DNA of 64,000 nt from Octopus vulgaris (taxonomy: Eukaryota): positions 32,674,001 to 32,738,000 of the forward strand of contig OX597829.1 of assembly GCA_951406725.2 (NCBI GenBank). Reading direction: 5' to 3'. Of this stretch, positions 51,111 to 64,000 are shown piece by piece (position 1 is the first letter of the stretch; every line of letters starts with the position of its first letter). The notes under the pieces are model-generated. The model saw only the letters and a list, made by a program, of their open reading frames with translations. It was not told the origin of the DNA and ran no database searches. Position numbers and translations under genes: made by a program.

Positions 51111-53044
51111 ACATACATACATACATACATACATACATACATACATACATACATACAAACATACATAAATACATAGATGCATGCATGCATGCATGCATGC
51201 ATACATACATACATACATACATACATACATACATACATACATACATACATACATACATACATACATACATACATACATACATGCATGTATGTATATGTAT
51301 ATGTGTATGGATGGATGGATGGATGGATAATATTTGTCAAAACTGGAATTAAACAATAATTATATGCTAACATATTTTGAATACCGCCAGTTTTTGTTCT
51401 TAATACGTGCAATGCGAAAACGAAAATAAACTCTACTTATTCAGCAATTTAGTTGAAAAATGTACCTTGCGAAAGATACCATAATCAAAAAAGGAAAAAG
51501 AAGAAACATGCATGAAGTTGCCTTCTGTCTTTACTGATAAACTGAAAAATAAACTTGCAGTCTGCTAACGTTATTTCTAACCCCCACACCCTTCTTTTTT
51601 TAATATTCTCCACATCAAATATGCTGAAAACTGCCACAGCTCGTGCTCTCTTTATACATGACAAACCACCATATTTGAAGAAAGACAATAATTGTAAATG
51701 CATATTCAATTACTGACGTTTAATAAATGATGAATTCCTATACATCTTACAGTATGATCAATTGGAAACTGTTTACTAAGACTTGCACACACACCAAATT
51801 TATTAGCTAGTTTCATTCGACAGTCGAAACCAACAGGAAAATTTATTTTGCCTAAAGATATCTGGATCACATCGTCTCTTGAATAATCTATTTATTTAAT
51901 TCAATGGCAAGGAAGAGATAACCGCAAATTCTATGTGACTATTTTCAAGTTAATTAAATTCAGACGTTTCTATTTTGTTTTTGATATTGAAGTTTTTGCT
52001 TAAGTTTTTTACTTAGAGTTGATTTATTGTAGAATGTTATAAATGTTTTTGAGTGCATCGACTTTGAATTTCACAAATGTTATGAACACTTTCAATTTTT
52101 TTTAAATAAAAATGTATATTTTCAAATTTCCATCTGTAAAATACCGTTCATGTGAAGCTATAATATATCACCTAGGTGTGGAGTTCTTTTTCTACTTTTT
52201 ATTGGCCACAACAATGTCATTTGATCACCTTGAATGTTCATGTCACACGACTTAACATTACCCCATATTTTCGGCTCCAGTAGATGATGTTTCACCTATT
52301 AACTCTATTCAAATTACATATATTTTTATATAGTTTTCAATGAACAATGTCATTAACATACTAGCTATTCGCTTCCTGTGAACTAAATTAGTATGAACTA
52401 AATTTGCAGTGCCAAGTAATCTGTTTTCTCCATATTCTTTTTGTTTTTATGTCTATCTTTCCCCTGCACATTTTAATTTCTTGGCTCACTATACCTAGGG
52501 CACCAAAAATTATTTGCACAATATACACCTCTTTCATTGAACATAGTTATTAGATTTCTCTCTTTATCTCAACGTTTCACTCTCTTTTGTTTTCGATTCT
52601 GCTGTCTTCTGAGTCCAAACTTGTTACAAAGTCTCCAGAAAACCAATCTAGAGACATAGTCATGCTTTCTCTTATATCCCCTCCGAGCCAATTTGATGCA
52701 AAATATACCACACAGTGTCTCTAGGTTCACTACACATTCTGCATTTGCTCTATTCCAAATAATGGTTATTTCTGTGTTTAATGTAGTTTGTTCTCAACAC
52801 TTTTTCCTGTGACGCTCATTCAAGGTCTCTGTTTTAGGTTATACGTAACTTTTTCGTAAGTACATCAATCTTTTGTGTGGAACTGTTTCGTATTATCTCT
52901 CAAAAGAACCAGCGGAGCATTTTCTTACCCTTCTAGTTGTTTTCTCTTTCTTTCTGTCGTTTTGTATTTCATCTTATCCTAAATGCCTTTCTGCCTTTCT
53001 TACCTACACCAGTAATGCTTCCTTTGTATTCAACTCTCACCCAG

Positions 53045-54570
53045 AATCGTACCGAGAGGAAGCTATCCCTGAAAGCGCAGACAGATGTAGTTAATGCGTA
53101 CATAGTATCAGTCATCTACGATCGCCTGATCGTTGTGCTTTGTCCCGGTCTCCGTCTAACTGCATTGGAGCGTGTAATCTTTCACTTCTGGTGGAAGAAA
53201 CGCTTTCTGATGGTCAGGTGGTCCATCTCATGTTAACACCCGCAGTAAAGTAAACTAGGCTTGCAGTAAATGATGATGTGCAAACATGCGCTGAGGCTGC
53301 GACATCTCCAGCGCTTGCTTCACGGTGAGCAGGTATGGTCACCGTTTACCAGATGCGTGTTTCCTCAGCTGATCTCCTTAACGGAGCTGCAGTCCTTAGT
53401 CAAACAGAGACCGAGCGAAAGCGCAAGGCAAAGTGGAATATCTTCAAGTACTCTCAACCCTCAGCCAGACGGGCACGATGATCGGTGGCGAGTTCAATTT
53501 AGCGGTCTGTAGAGAATTAGGGGCAGGCAAGAACGTTGCAGTTCCCGAGGAGACTCTGGGCGTCGACAAGATTCAGCTGGTTGGCTTGTTCCAGAGGACT
53601 TTCAGGTCGGAGCTTATGGACAATTTCCAGAAATCCTTCGCCTGGCTGTGCTACCGGGTGATGGCGCATTGATGATTCGGGATAAATTCGGGATAGACTC
53701 TGTGCAGTCAGTCGGGTTTGCCCAAGATGCGCGCTGAGTGACAAAACTGTTCTGCACGCTTTTGTCCAGTATCCGAGTATTTCTGACTTGTGGGTTTATG
53801 TGGAGCAGCTACTGTTATATATATATTTCTTTACTGCCCAGAAGGGGCTAAACATAGAGGGGACAAACAAGGACAGACGAAGGGATTGAGTCGATTATAT
53901 CGCCCCCAGTGCGAAACTGGTACTTTATTTATTGACCCCGAAAGGATGAAAGGCAAAGTTGACCTCAGCGGAATTTGAACTCAGAACGTTACGACAGACG
54001 AAATACCGCTAAGCATTTCGCCCGGCGCGCTAACGTGTCTGCCAGCTCACCGCCTTCGCTACTGTCATATATATGACAGATCCGGTTATCGGCTGAATCC
54101 ATTGTGAAGCTCATGCTGTTGCCTTCCTTTGGCCATGAAGGACCGATAGTGTTTCTTTTCCTGTTAGCCTTTGCGAATGAGGTTGTATGGTGGACCAGAT
54201 TGAAAGGGCTGAAGACAGATATTTTCCTCTTTGGCCAAGTTCTCATCAATTTCACTTGAAAAGAAAAGTAAGGATAGATAAGGAGGTGCTGCCTCCCAGC
54301 CGTTTTGTTGAAAGGTAAGTGAATGTGGCAAGAATAGTCCAAGTCAACCACCTATAGACGATGAGGAGAGAGCACTTGCCTTAGTGGTCAAGGTCTCCGT
54401 GGTTTTACGTGGTTTCCACTAGCAGACCTAGTAAGTCTCCCACATTTGGGGAATTTCTTTTCATTGTGAAATTTTATTTTATCGTTTTTCATTGTATACA
54501 CGCTCCGTTTTATGTAACCCTACATTGTATTGTCCTGTACCGTTTTTGTGAACTCTTGGTGGTTAATAAA
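53045..54570 (+). mobile_element. L1/Tx1-like LINE 3' remnant interrupted by a SINE
   Basis: KLSLKAQTDVVNAYIVS and CPRCALSDKTVLHAFVQ (CCHC-like); ends near aataaa at ~54566. Confidence 0.55.
53828..54056 (-). mobile_element. SINE family B, full length
   Basis: Minus strand ggcggtgagctggcagacacgttagcg..gagttcaaattcc (A/B-box-like); multiple copies in the window. Confidence 0.85.
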
Positions 54571-54605
54571 GACAATATTAGTATTATTATTGTTGTTGTT
54601 GTTAA

Positions 54606-54970
54606 GGCGGGGAGCTGACAGAGTCGCTAGAACACCGGGCAAAATGCTTAACGGCATTTCGTCCATCTTCACGTTTTAAATTCAAATTCCACAGAGGTCG
54701 TCTTTGCCTTTCATCCTTTCGGAGTCAATAAAATAAGTACCAGTTAAACACTGGGGTTGATTTAGCCGACTTACCCTCTTCCCTGAAATTGCTGACTTTG
54801 TGCTAAAATTTGAAATCATTATTATTTTTATGGTAATTTGGTGCATTGGCAGAACCGCTTGAAATATTTCTTCTGATTCTTTACTTCCTGCCGAAGTGAT
54901 CTTTAGTTTTAGTTTTGTGGAGCTATTGAAATAAAGGACCAGTCAAATGCTGGAGTTGATTTAATCGATA
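54606..54970 (+). mobile_element. SINE family B plus a second degenerate copy
   Basis: ggcggggagctgacagagtcgctag..gtctttgcctttcatcctttcgg. Confidence 0.75.
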
Positions 54971-55654
54971 AGCACCAATGATTGGTGGGTTATAGAAAAC
55001 GGTAACTTGATACCCTAGTAGACAATATGTTCTGTCTTTGCAGTGACCGGTATAATAATGTACAACTCAAGCCTGGCGTCCTCACCAATCACTAAACACC
55101 TCCTCTCTAAAGTTGAACCGTTGTACCTTGTAGAAAGCATCGATATTCCTGTTTTCTGTTGTTGCTGGTGGCAGTGATTTTGGTCATCTTGCAGTGGATG
55201 ATATCTAGCCCCAAGGGCACCAATGATCTAGCAATGATCAAAGGCGTTCCAGAGGTTGTCATCTTGTTTTCTTTTTTTTTTTATTCTAAAACCGTATGTA
55301 TCGCAACCTAAATACTAATCCAATGTGTCATTTTTTTCTAAAGTGTGTTGGGAGAAATTTGAGAGAGATTTAGCTTTTATTTTAGCAGGTCAATGAACCA
55401 CGTAGGGACGACTCCCTCGTTGAGCCGCTGTTGTTCTTGCAGTCGTCGTCGTCGTCGTCATTGTCGTATCCGTCGTTGTTATTAATATCTTCATTATCAT
55501 TTGTTGGCATATCAGAAGTACTCATTAAAAAGTTACCCTACCTTATCTATTTGATGCAAGATAGCATACGATGTATGTACTTCTGCAAAGTGTGCCATCA
55601 ATAAAACTTTAAAGATGACACATGGTCTATTTCTTTCACCTCTGTTTCCACATA

Positions 55655-55715
<61 letters not shown>

Positions 55716-55716
55716 G

Positions 55717-55747
<31 letters not shown>

Positions 55748-56134
55748 ACTATCTCACTCTCTTTCTTTGATACCTTTGACTCTCACTTTCTCTTTTCGTA
55801 CATTTTGTCTCTCTCGCTCTCTCTTCCTTCCTCTCTCTTTCGCACGCTCTAAATGCTCACATATCTTGCTTTTGCGTTACTTTATGATTTTGTTTGCTTG
55901 CTTATTGTTCCTTTTCATTTTCTGCTTCTTATTGGATGTCAAAAGAAAGAAAAAAGAACGCCTGCGTTCTCTTCTCTTCATATCTCCCAGTTATATATAT
56001 ATATATATACACGCACACACGCATATATATACACATACATACACACATACATTGATGTTATATTGATATGTTATCTACACAGAGATATGCAACCATGAGC
56101 GCGCATGTATCATACACAACACATCCACACGCAC

Positions 56135-56208
<74 letters not shown>

Positions 56209-56689
56209 AATATAAATATATAGAATACTTAAGTGCACACGCACGTCACACACAAACACACACATAGACACGGGTGGGCGCACACACACGCATACAAATA
56301 TGTACATGTGTATATAAAATATATGCCAATGTCAACTCTGTAGGCCTATCTATATACGTGCTAATTATGCTTCTCGGAGTCTGCGTGTTCATATGTATAT
56401 ATCTGTGGACACCCGCCTCGTATAGGTACATTTGTGTATTTTTGCATGTATATACACACCTACTGCCCTACACATACATAGACACAAACACGCATTCACA
56501 CAAATATACATATATATATATATGTGTGTGCATTTATGTATTGGGGTGTTTTGCGTGTGTGCGTGCATTTAAATATGCAGTTTACTCTTGGTTATCCGAA
56601 CATCAAGAATCCTAACTTCGGATTATCTAAATAAGATCTAAAGGTCGCATAATTTAGTTGTTACGTATGGTTTTCTTCGTTTACAGTCT

Positions 56690-57434
56690 GATTATCCACT
56701 CCAATTAAGAAGAAAAGAGAGGATGAAACCAGTAAACTGTCCACAGTCTGTCTACCATATGTGAAAGACCTCTCCGAAAAGATACAAAGGATATGCGATC
56801 CATATGACATCAGGACAGTATTCAAGTGTAATACATTTCGCAAATATCTCCTTCGAGTAAAACCACCAATAGAAGAGAATATGACCAAAAGGCTGCGTGT
56901 ATTCCAACCCATGCAGCTATGGCAGGTTATACAAAGCCGAAATATAATGCCCCCTCAAAATTAGGGTAGACGAACATTGCAAATCTGTGGCGTGAGGGGA
57001 TATAGGTAAATCGGGCATAGCTGATCATATATGGAAACCTGGAGACAACCTCGCCCTGTGGCATGAAGTTAAAATAATAGACAGAGAACACCGCTGGAAA
57101 ATACGAAAACTAAAAGAAGCAGCACATATGCTAGGAAACAACAACCTCCTAAGCAGACCGAGTGCAGATATGAACAGCATATGAGAACCGGTATTAAGGA
57201 AGGATAGGAAAATATTAGATTTATAAGACCTAAAATTAACTCCATAACAACAACAACAACATCGAAAAAAGACCTTAGGAATGAGAACTCTGGTTCTAAA
57301 TTTCCCCAAGACACCCGATGAAGGCTGGGGGGTATATCAGCCGAAACGTTGAGTTAACAACAAACAAGATGAGGACAAATATCCGTCGAATGTAAATAAT
57401 GTACATAATTCTTCATCTCTTAAATATAGAACTG
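56690..57434 (+). mobile_element. PLE 3' fragment (Penelope/Poseidon type): decayed GIY-YIG plus pLTR with hammerhead motif (57310-57355)
   Basis: LPYVKDLSEKIQRICDPYDIRTVFK, GCVYSNPC, RKLKEAAH; GACAC CCGATGA A GGCTG..CAGCC GAAACGTT GAGTT. Confidence 0.8.
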
Positions 57435-57700
57435 TATTGCCTACAATTGTTCCACTTCACACCCAATTTAAATTACAAAGCATATATAATCATATAAGTT
57501 TGCATTTTGAGTACCCTGGGTGGAAGATCTACAGGGCAAAAGTGACATTATAGAGTTTACATTTTGATAAAAATGTAAACCCTGTAATGTCCATTTTGCC
57601 CTGAAAATATTCCACCCAGACTACTCAAAATGCAAATTTATATTATTATATATGCTTTGTAATTTAAAATGGGTGTGAAGTGAAACAATTGTAGGCAATA
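57435..57700. repeat. 266-bp near-complete palindrome (foldback/MITE-like)
   Basis: tattgcctacaattgt..gtttacatttt / aaaatgtaaac..acaattgtaggcaata; loop of only a few nt near 57567. Confidence 0.92.
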
Positions 57701-57828
57701 TTAAATAATGAATAAATTAATCTATGTATATTGAATCTCTCTACTTTCAAACTTATTAATAATAGTTGATGCTTTATAATATATTTATTAAAGAAATATC
57801 TCTTCAAAATATAATATATAAACCAGGG

Positions 57829-57883
<55 letters not shown>

Positions 57884-58387
57884 CATACATGCATGCATGC
57901 ATGCATACATACATACATACATACATACATACATACATACATACATACATACAGAAGAGTATAATTTGATCAGGAATAAAAATATATATTTATACGTAAT
58001 TAAAGATAAATTATGTGGCCACCGTGTAATAAAGCCATATGGTAACATATGGTAACAATTTATATTCATATATAATTATATAAATATAATTATATAAAAG
58101 GATACAGATAGACCCTACCAACACGCTAGAAATAGACACCAAATGGCTCAAAAAACCACATCTTCAATCCGTTTGCAAAGGTTGAAAACAAGCAAATGAA
58201 TAAGATTCTTTTTAAAAGGGTTAATTATAAATCAATTTCTAGCTTAGGGATGTTAAACCCTCTGCTATCATCAGTATAATATACACGTAATATATAATTG
58301 CAAATATTTATACACACCCATACGAACAACATATATCTGCACGAATATAGACTTACATCCGCATGTATATATTAGTTAAATCTAATT

Positions 58388-59390
58388 GCAAGGAGCAAGA
58401 CAGGGTGAATAGGGAGGGTGGGTAAAGGAAATCATGCCATTTTTGGTCAAAAACTGTCTCACACTCAAGACGGTGTGTGAAGGTCCATTGTTGTGAAGAA
58501 ACCACCACTCTCAACTTTGTCACTGATTGGGGGGGTTTTCGTCTCACTGCGTCTAACAAACGCTTCAGAACTGCCAAGCAAAATGTCTGGTTAACAATTT
58601 GATCAGGAGGAATAAATACTGTGTGGACAATTCCTTCCGCATCATTGAAACAAATCAGCATCGTTTTGACATTGGACTTCACTTAACGCACATTTTAGAG
58701 GCGTGGTGACATTGAATGCTTACATTGACTTGGTTGCTGCTTCGTTTCCAGGTCGTAGCCGTAGCACCAGCTTTTGTCACTAGTGATGACCTTCGAAAAA
58801 AGGTTCGGCTCAACTTCCAACTTTTCTTTCAGTTCACGACACGCTTGATTTTGATTTTGCGTGAGCAAGCGAGACACAAATTTTGCTGCAACTCTTTTCA
58901 TTCGCATTTGCTCGCTCAAAATCCGTTGGCAGGAGCTCCAAGGCATACCAGTCATATCAACAATTTCGTCAGTTTTTGGACGACGGTCCTCCAAAATCAG
59001 TTCATGAATTTTTCTAATGTTTTCATTCGTTCAGGAGGTCGATGGTCGCCGTGAACGAGATTGGTCTTCAAGCGACAAGCAACCATTTCCGACGTGAGAA
59101 AAACCACTCGTAAACTTGTGTTTTACTCATGGCAGCGGCCTTGTTAGTTGTTTGAAGCATGGCAACTGTTTCTACCCCGTTTACCCTGGCAGAAAACAGA
59201 ATTTCACGGAAGCATGCTGTTCCTTCGTTTCAGCCATCGCAAAAATCGATGAACAGGGGAGAAGTACTGCAAAACAAGGACGCACCATGTTGCATTGCGA
59301 CTCCACTAGACGACGCAGGTCGGCAAACTGATGCCTGAGGGTTGCATCAAGTGGCTACTAGCGGTTCACATCTCTTGCAAACTGACCGTA
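58388..59390 (-). mobile_element. Decayed mariner transposase
   Basis: RVAAKFVSRLLT, VITSDKSWCYGYDLETKQQ, KSNVKTMLICF..GIVH, HPPYSPCLAP. Confidence 0.88.
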
Positions 59391-59409
59391 CATTTTTTTT
59401 CCTTCCATG

Positions 59410-62400
59410 CGCTTTCTTTTTTTTTTTTTGTTCATTTCTTGCTTAAATTTTTCTTTCATTACAGTTTTCAGTTTTGATGACGCCGACCTTCTTTGTGCGT
59501 TTCAACAGTGGCTCCACCCTAAGCTGTTTTCCTCTACTTCGATATAGTCCTGGGAACTGATCAAACCTCTCCCACCCTTTCTTCTGCCTATCAATGTCAC
59601 TCTTAGGGTGGAAGGCTCCGTGTACTGTCAACATGTTTCTGGTCTTGGTATCCTTCATTATTCTTTCATTTCCTTTTCCAATATCTCGTTGAACTCAAGT
59701 ACACCAAGGTATTTGTAGTATTCCGTTTAAATTTGTTTAATTAAGTCTCTATTCGGTAATTCTATCCCTGCTAGGGATGTACCTTGCCTCTTTTTAGGTA
59801 GATTACTCCGCACTTCTTGAGTCCAAATTCCATTCTAATATCGGTACTAATACAGAGTATCCAGTCAGCTGCTGACAGTGACGACACCCGTGGGATGCAT
59901 GCCGCTTTGAAGAAGGCCCTCGGTCCATCCGCAACCAAGTCAGCCTCTCTGAAATCAACTACTGGAGATCTCATCAGGGATCAAAGCAAGCAAATGGATA
60001 GATGGGTGGAGCACAACAAGGATCTCTACTCACGGAAGACTACAGTAGCTGAGGCTGCAATCGAGAGTATCAAGATCTTGCCAGTCATGTGCGAATTTGA
60101 CAGTCCGCCATCTATAGCAGAGCTCACCAAGGCTATTGACTCCCTAGCAAGTAACAAGGCTCCGGGAAAAGACGGCATCCCCTCAGAGATCGTCAAAGCC
60201 GGCAAAAACACCATCCTGCTTCGGCACCTTCATGAGCTTCTGTGTCAGTGCTGGGAAGAGGGTACAGTCCCTCAGGATATGCGGGATGCTAACATCATTA
60301 CGCTTTACAAAAACAAAGGTGACCGTGGTGATTGTAACACTACCGTGGAATATCTCTTCTAAGCACTGTTGGAAAGACCTTTGCTAGCGTTATCCTGGCC
60401 AGGCTACAACTACTTTCTTCTCGAATTTATCCGGAATCGCAGTGTGGCTTTAGAAGAAGCAGATCAACTATTGACATGATATTCTCCATACGCCAACTTC
60501 AGGAGAAGTTCAGAGAGCAGAAAATGCCATTATATATGGCCTTCATTGATCTGACAAAGGCCTTTGACTCGGTAAGTAGAAAAAGCCTCTTCATCCTGCT
60601 CCAAAAACTCAGATGTCCACCAAAGCTGCTGAGGATCATCAACTCTTTCCATGATGATATGCAAGGCACCATACAGCACAATGGTTCAACATCAGCCGCC
60701 TTCCAAATAAAAAACGGGGTAAAGCAAGGTTGTGTCCTCGCTCCTACATTATTTGGCATCTTCTTCTCGCTCTTGCTGTCACATGCCTTTCAGACATCAG
60801 ATGACGGAGTGTTTCTGCACAGTAGAAGTGCCGGGAAACTGTTCAATCTCTCGCGCCTGCGTGCCAAGACCAAAATCAGAAGCGTCCTTATCAAGGAGAT
60901 GCTATTTGCTGATGATGCCGCTCTGGTATCACACACAGAAGAAGCCCTCCAAAGGCTCATCAACTGTTTTGAGCAAGCATGTAACGACTTTGGCTTAGCT
61001 ATCAGCCTCAAGAAGACCAGCATCATGGGTCCAGGTTACATCGGACATCCCAAACATACATATTGGAGACCACAGATTACAGGAGGTGGAGAAGTTTACC
61101 TATCTTGGCTTTACCGCCACCTACAACCTATCCCTTGACGCTGAGCTCAATATACGCATTGGCAAAGCAGCTGCTGCTGCGATGGCCCAACTCTCCAAAC
61201 GGGCATGGGACAACAATAAGTTGACCAAGACCACGAAAATGAAGATCTACCAGGCATGTGTACTTAGCTCTACAGTATGGAAGTGAGACTTGGACGCCAT
61301 ACACACGCCAAGAGCGTCGCCTAAACATCTTTTACCTGCGCTGCCTCCGGAAAATCCTTCGCTTCAAATGGCAGAATCATATCCCCAACAAAGATGTCCT
61401 CAAGCAAGCAGGAATACCAAGCATGTTTGCACTCCTCACACAAAGACGTATGAGATGGCTTGGGCATGTTAGCCGTATGAAAGATGGCAGAATCCCCAAG
61501 GACATACTCTACGGAGAGCTTGTTAGGGGCACTAGATCTGTGGGAAGACCGTTCTTACGATACAAGGATGTTTGCAAAAGGGACATGAACGACTGCAACA
61601 TCAATATTAGCAATTGGGAAGCAGTTGCCAGCAACCGTAGAGATTGGCGACGTACCGTAAAAGAGGGAATACAAAGGAGTGACAGAGAAAGAGAGGAGAA
61701 ATGGAAAGACAAGAAAAGACGTCAACAAGAACTATGACATGTAGCCAGGAACAGTCTTCGCTACATTTGCGGCACCTGCCAGAGGGAGTGTTTGTCCAGG
61801 ATAGGACTACATAGCCACAGCAGGAAATGTATTAGGACATGAAATGTAAAAGCCGGACTAGACTATTTTATGCACAGCTCCATTGTCTCCCGAGACAAAA
61901 AGGATGCCAACCAACCAACAGTGGACCGTGTTCACCAAGGAACTCACTTGAGCTTCATCTTTGACATACAGTTTTAAATCATCCATAAAGATGAGGTGGT
62001 TGACTGTTTGGTATTTTTCCTTTAGTTGGTACTCCAGGTTCATTTTCCTGAGCGCCAAGTGCAGAGAACGAAAAGCAACGGAGATAAGCTATCACCCTGG
62101 AAAATCCCTCTTCTGATATCCAGGGTGCCCAAGTTTTTTCCGTAAGATGTCAGTTCAATTTCCATCCCACCATACCTCTCTTCAAGAAACACATTGCATT
62201 CCTCGCAATTCCAAACAAATCTAAGCACTCGATGATCTACGAATGTAGAATCATATCATAAGCTTTACGATAGTCAATCCAGGCCATTCCCAGATTTGTT
62301 CTTCGTTTACAATCTTGCATTACCATTTTGTCTATCAATAGTTGATCTTTAGTACCTCTACATCTCCTACAACATTTTTGTTCCGGCGGATATATATCGT

Positions 62401-64000
62401 TCTCATAAAGAAATTTATACAGTTCTTCTGCAATTTCTCCTGACAGTAACTTCCACATTAACGGGAGGCAGGGAATTGGTCTGTAATTGTCAGCAACATG
62501 TCCCTTGATGCATCCTTCAGGCACAACACCATTTGTCCTTTTTTCAACCAGCCCGGGATTTTTTCTTTCCAATTAATCAATGCATTAAATTGTTCTGCAA
62601 TCAATTTATGGCAACTGCTGAACTTTTTTATTCAAAAACCCTGTACACCATGAAGATCCTGCTGCTTTCCAATTACTTATCTTTTAACTCATATTTCTGA
62701 TACTGTCTTCTGCGAAGTGGATAACCTCTTGCAGGGGATAAGAAGCTTTTTTGCTTCAGGCTGTAGAGCCATTCAGCTGTGGTATTATATAGTTCTTGCT
62801 TATTCCATTTCTTACTCCAAAAAGTCGACTTTCATCAGTACTAGGGACTAGTCTTTCACGTTTTTTTTTTATCCTCATTAATCTCTCGATAAAATCTTTT
62901 TTCGTCGGTTCTAAACAATTTGTTTTGCTGGTGTTGCTTAATCCGTTGTTCAAACTTAGTTAGCTTTGCCGTTTTTTTGTTTTTTTTTTGTATTTTTTTG
63001 TATGTATCCGCTGTTTCAGTTCTTCAGTTACAACATTCAGGCCTTTTGTATCTACACTATACTTCTTCCTAACTTATTCGAATTTCCATTCATTTTTAAG
63101 GTCTCCATTTCTTTTCCTGACAAATATTGACACTACACTGTTCAAAGAGTTTATATCTTCAGAAATTCTTTTCCACATTGGTATTTATTTCCGCTTCTAT
63201 CCGTCGCTGTTCTATTCTCAGTAGTTCTCAATCCCATCCGCCACAATCCTACATTCACCCTTGATGATATTATTTGTTTGTGTGATGTTCTTTGTTTCAA
63301 TGTGTCTCAGTACAATACTGACTTTATTCTTCTTTTGATTTAGTCTCCATTGGTTAGCCTTCTAATCTCAATTCTTTCACAATTAACGGTATTATATTCT
63401 TGTGAACAATTCTCCATCTTTTCCACTATACCACTTTCATTTATCGCATGCTCAACCTCACTCGATATCCTTCTTTTAATAGCTTCAAGCTCCAATTCTG
63501 TTAACCATCCATTCTTTCGTATTGCTCTTGCTTGGTCACATAATCTCTGTTCAGTAATTTCGAACAATTCCATTGCCTTCCATTCACTGTGCATTCGTTT
63601 TCTGTACCCTCTAACAAGCACCCCATTCGATTCCACTGGGGTGCTCCGATAGTAACACTCCATAACCATCATGTTTACTCCACCTGTGTCTTGTAGTATG
63701 GCTATCATTATTGTTATTATTAGTATTGTTGTTGTTGTTGTTGTTGTTTTTGTTGTTGTTGTTGTTATTATTATTATTATTATTATTATTAAGTGAGAGA
63801 GCAGTGCATCCCACCAAACTGAGACCGGGGGTAAAATATACGAAGCCCAGTATACCCATTGTGACTACCGGTCTAATAAGGGTACACTAGGCACATGCAT
63901 CACAACCTTATGTGCGCGACATGGTGATCTCATCTCAAGATAAACAGCACATGACCTTGCAGGTGGGGCCCAGTTAGAATTTTCTTCTGGTCGAATAACC
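59410..64000 (-). mobile_element. R4/Dong-like LINE (probable 5' UTR, N-terminus, RT), decayed and interrupted by an RTE
   Basis: [78 protein letters not shown]; (AAT/AAC)n at 63706-63790. Confidence 0.88.
59856..61916 (+). mobile_element. 5'-truncated RTE-clade LINE
   Basis: KAPGKDGIP, FIDLTKAFD, GVKQGCVLAPTLF, LFADD, RIPKDILYGEL; 3' end ccattgtctcccgagac..gatg(ccaa)n. Confidence 0.92.

Overview
AT-rich, microsatellite-saturated animal genomic DNA. The SINE and LINE content resembles what I recall of Octopus repeats; that species assignment is inference. No host protein-coding gene is confidently identifiable, and most ORFs in the track are microsatellite artefacts. The window is mostly decayed and nested mobile elements. 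These are: one near-intact Neptune-type Penelope-like element (PLE; RT plus GIY-YIG, about 17.2-21.3 kb, minus strand), two further PLE remnants, a near-full-length RTE LINE with three C-terminal C2H2 fingers (37.35-41.5 kb), a second RTE inserted inside an R4/Dong-like element, about ten 3' fragments of restriction-like-endonuclease (RLE) LINEs beside (CATA)n or (TAA)n tracts, two mariner remnants, a Buster/Charlie hAT remnant, L1/Tx1 and CR1-like remnants, and many tRNA-derived SINEs. The most notable signal is a set of type I hammerhead ribozyme (HHR) motifs from about four repeat families. They include a long inverted repeat with one extended-stem-II hammerhead on each strand (24.65-26.2 kb) and an inverted pLTR pair with an apparent target-site duplication (TSD) inside the hAT remnant (29.6-32.4 kb). 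All alignments and folds were done by eye, and element boundaries are approximate.
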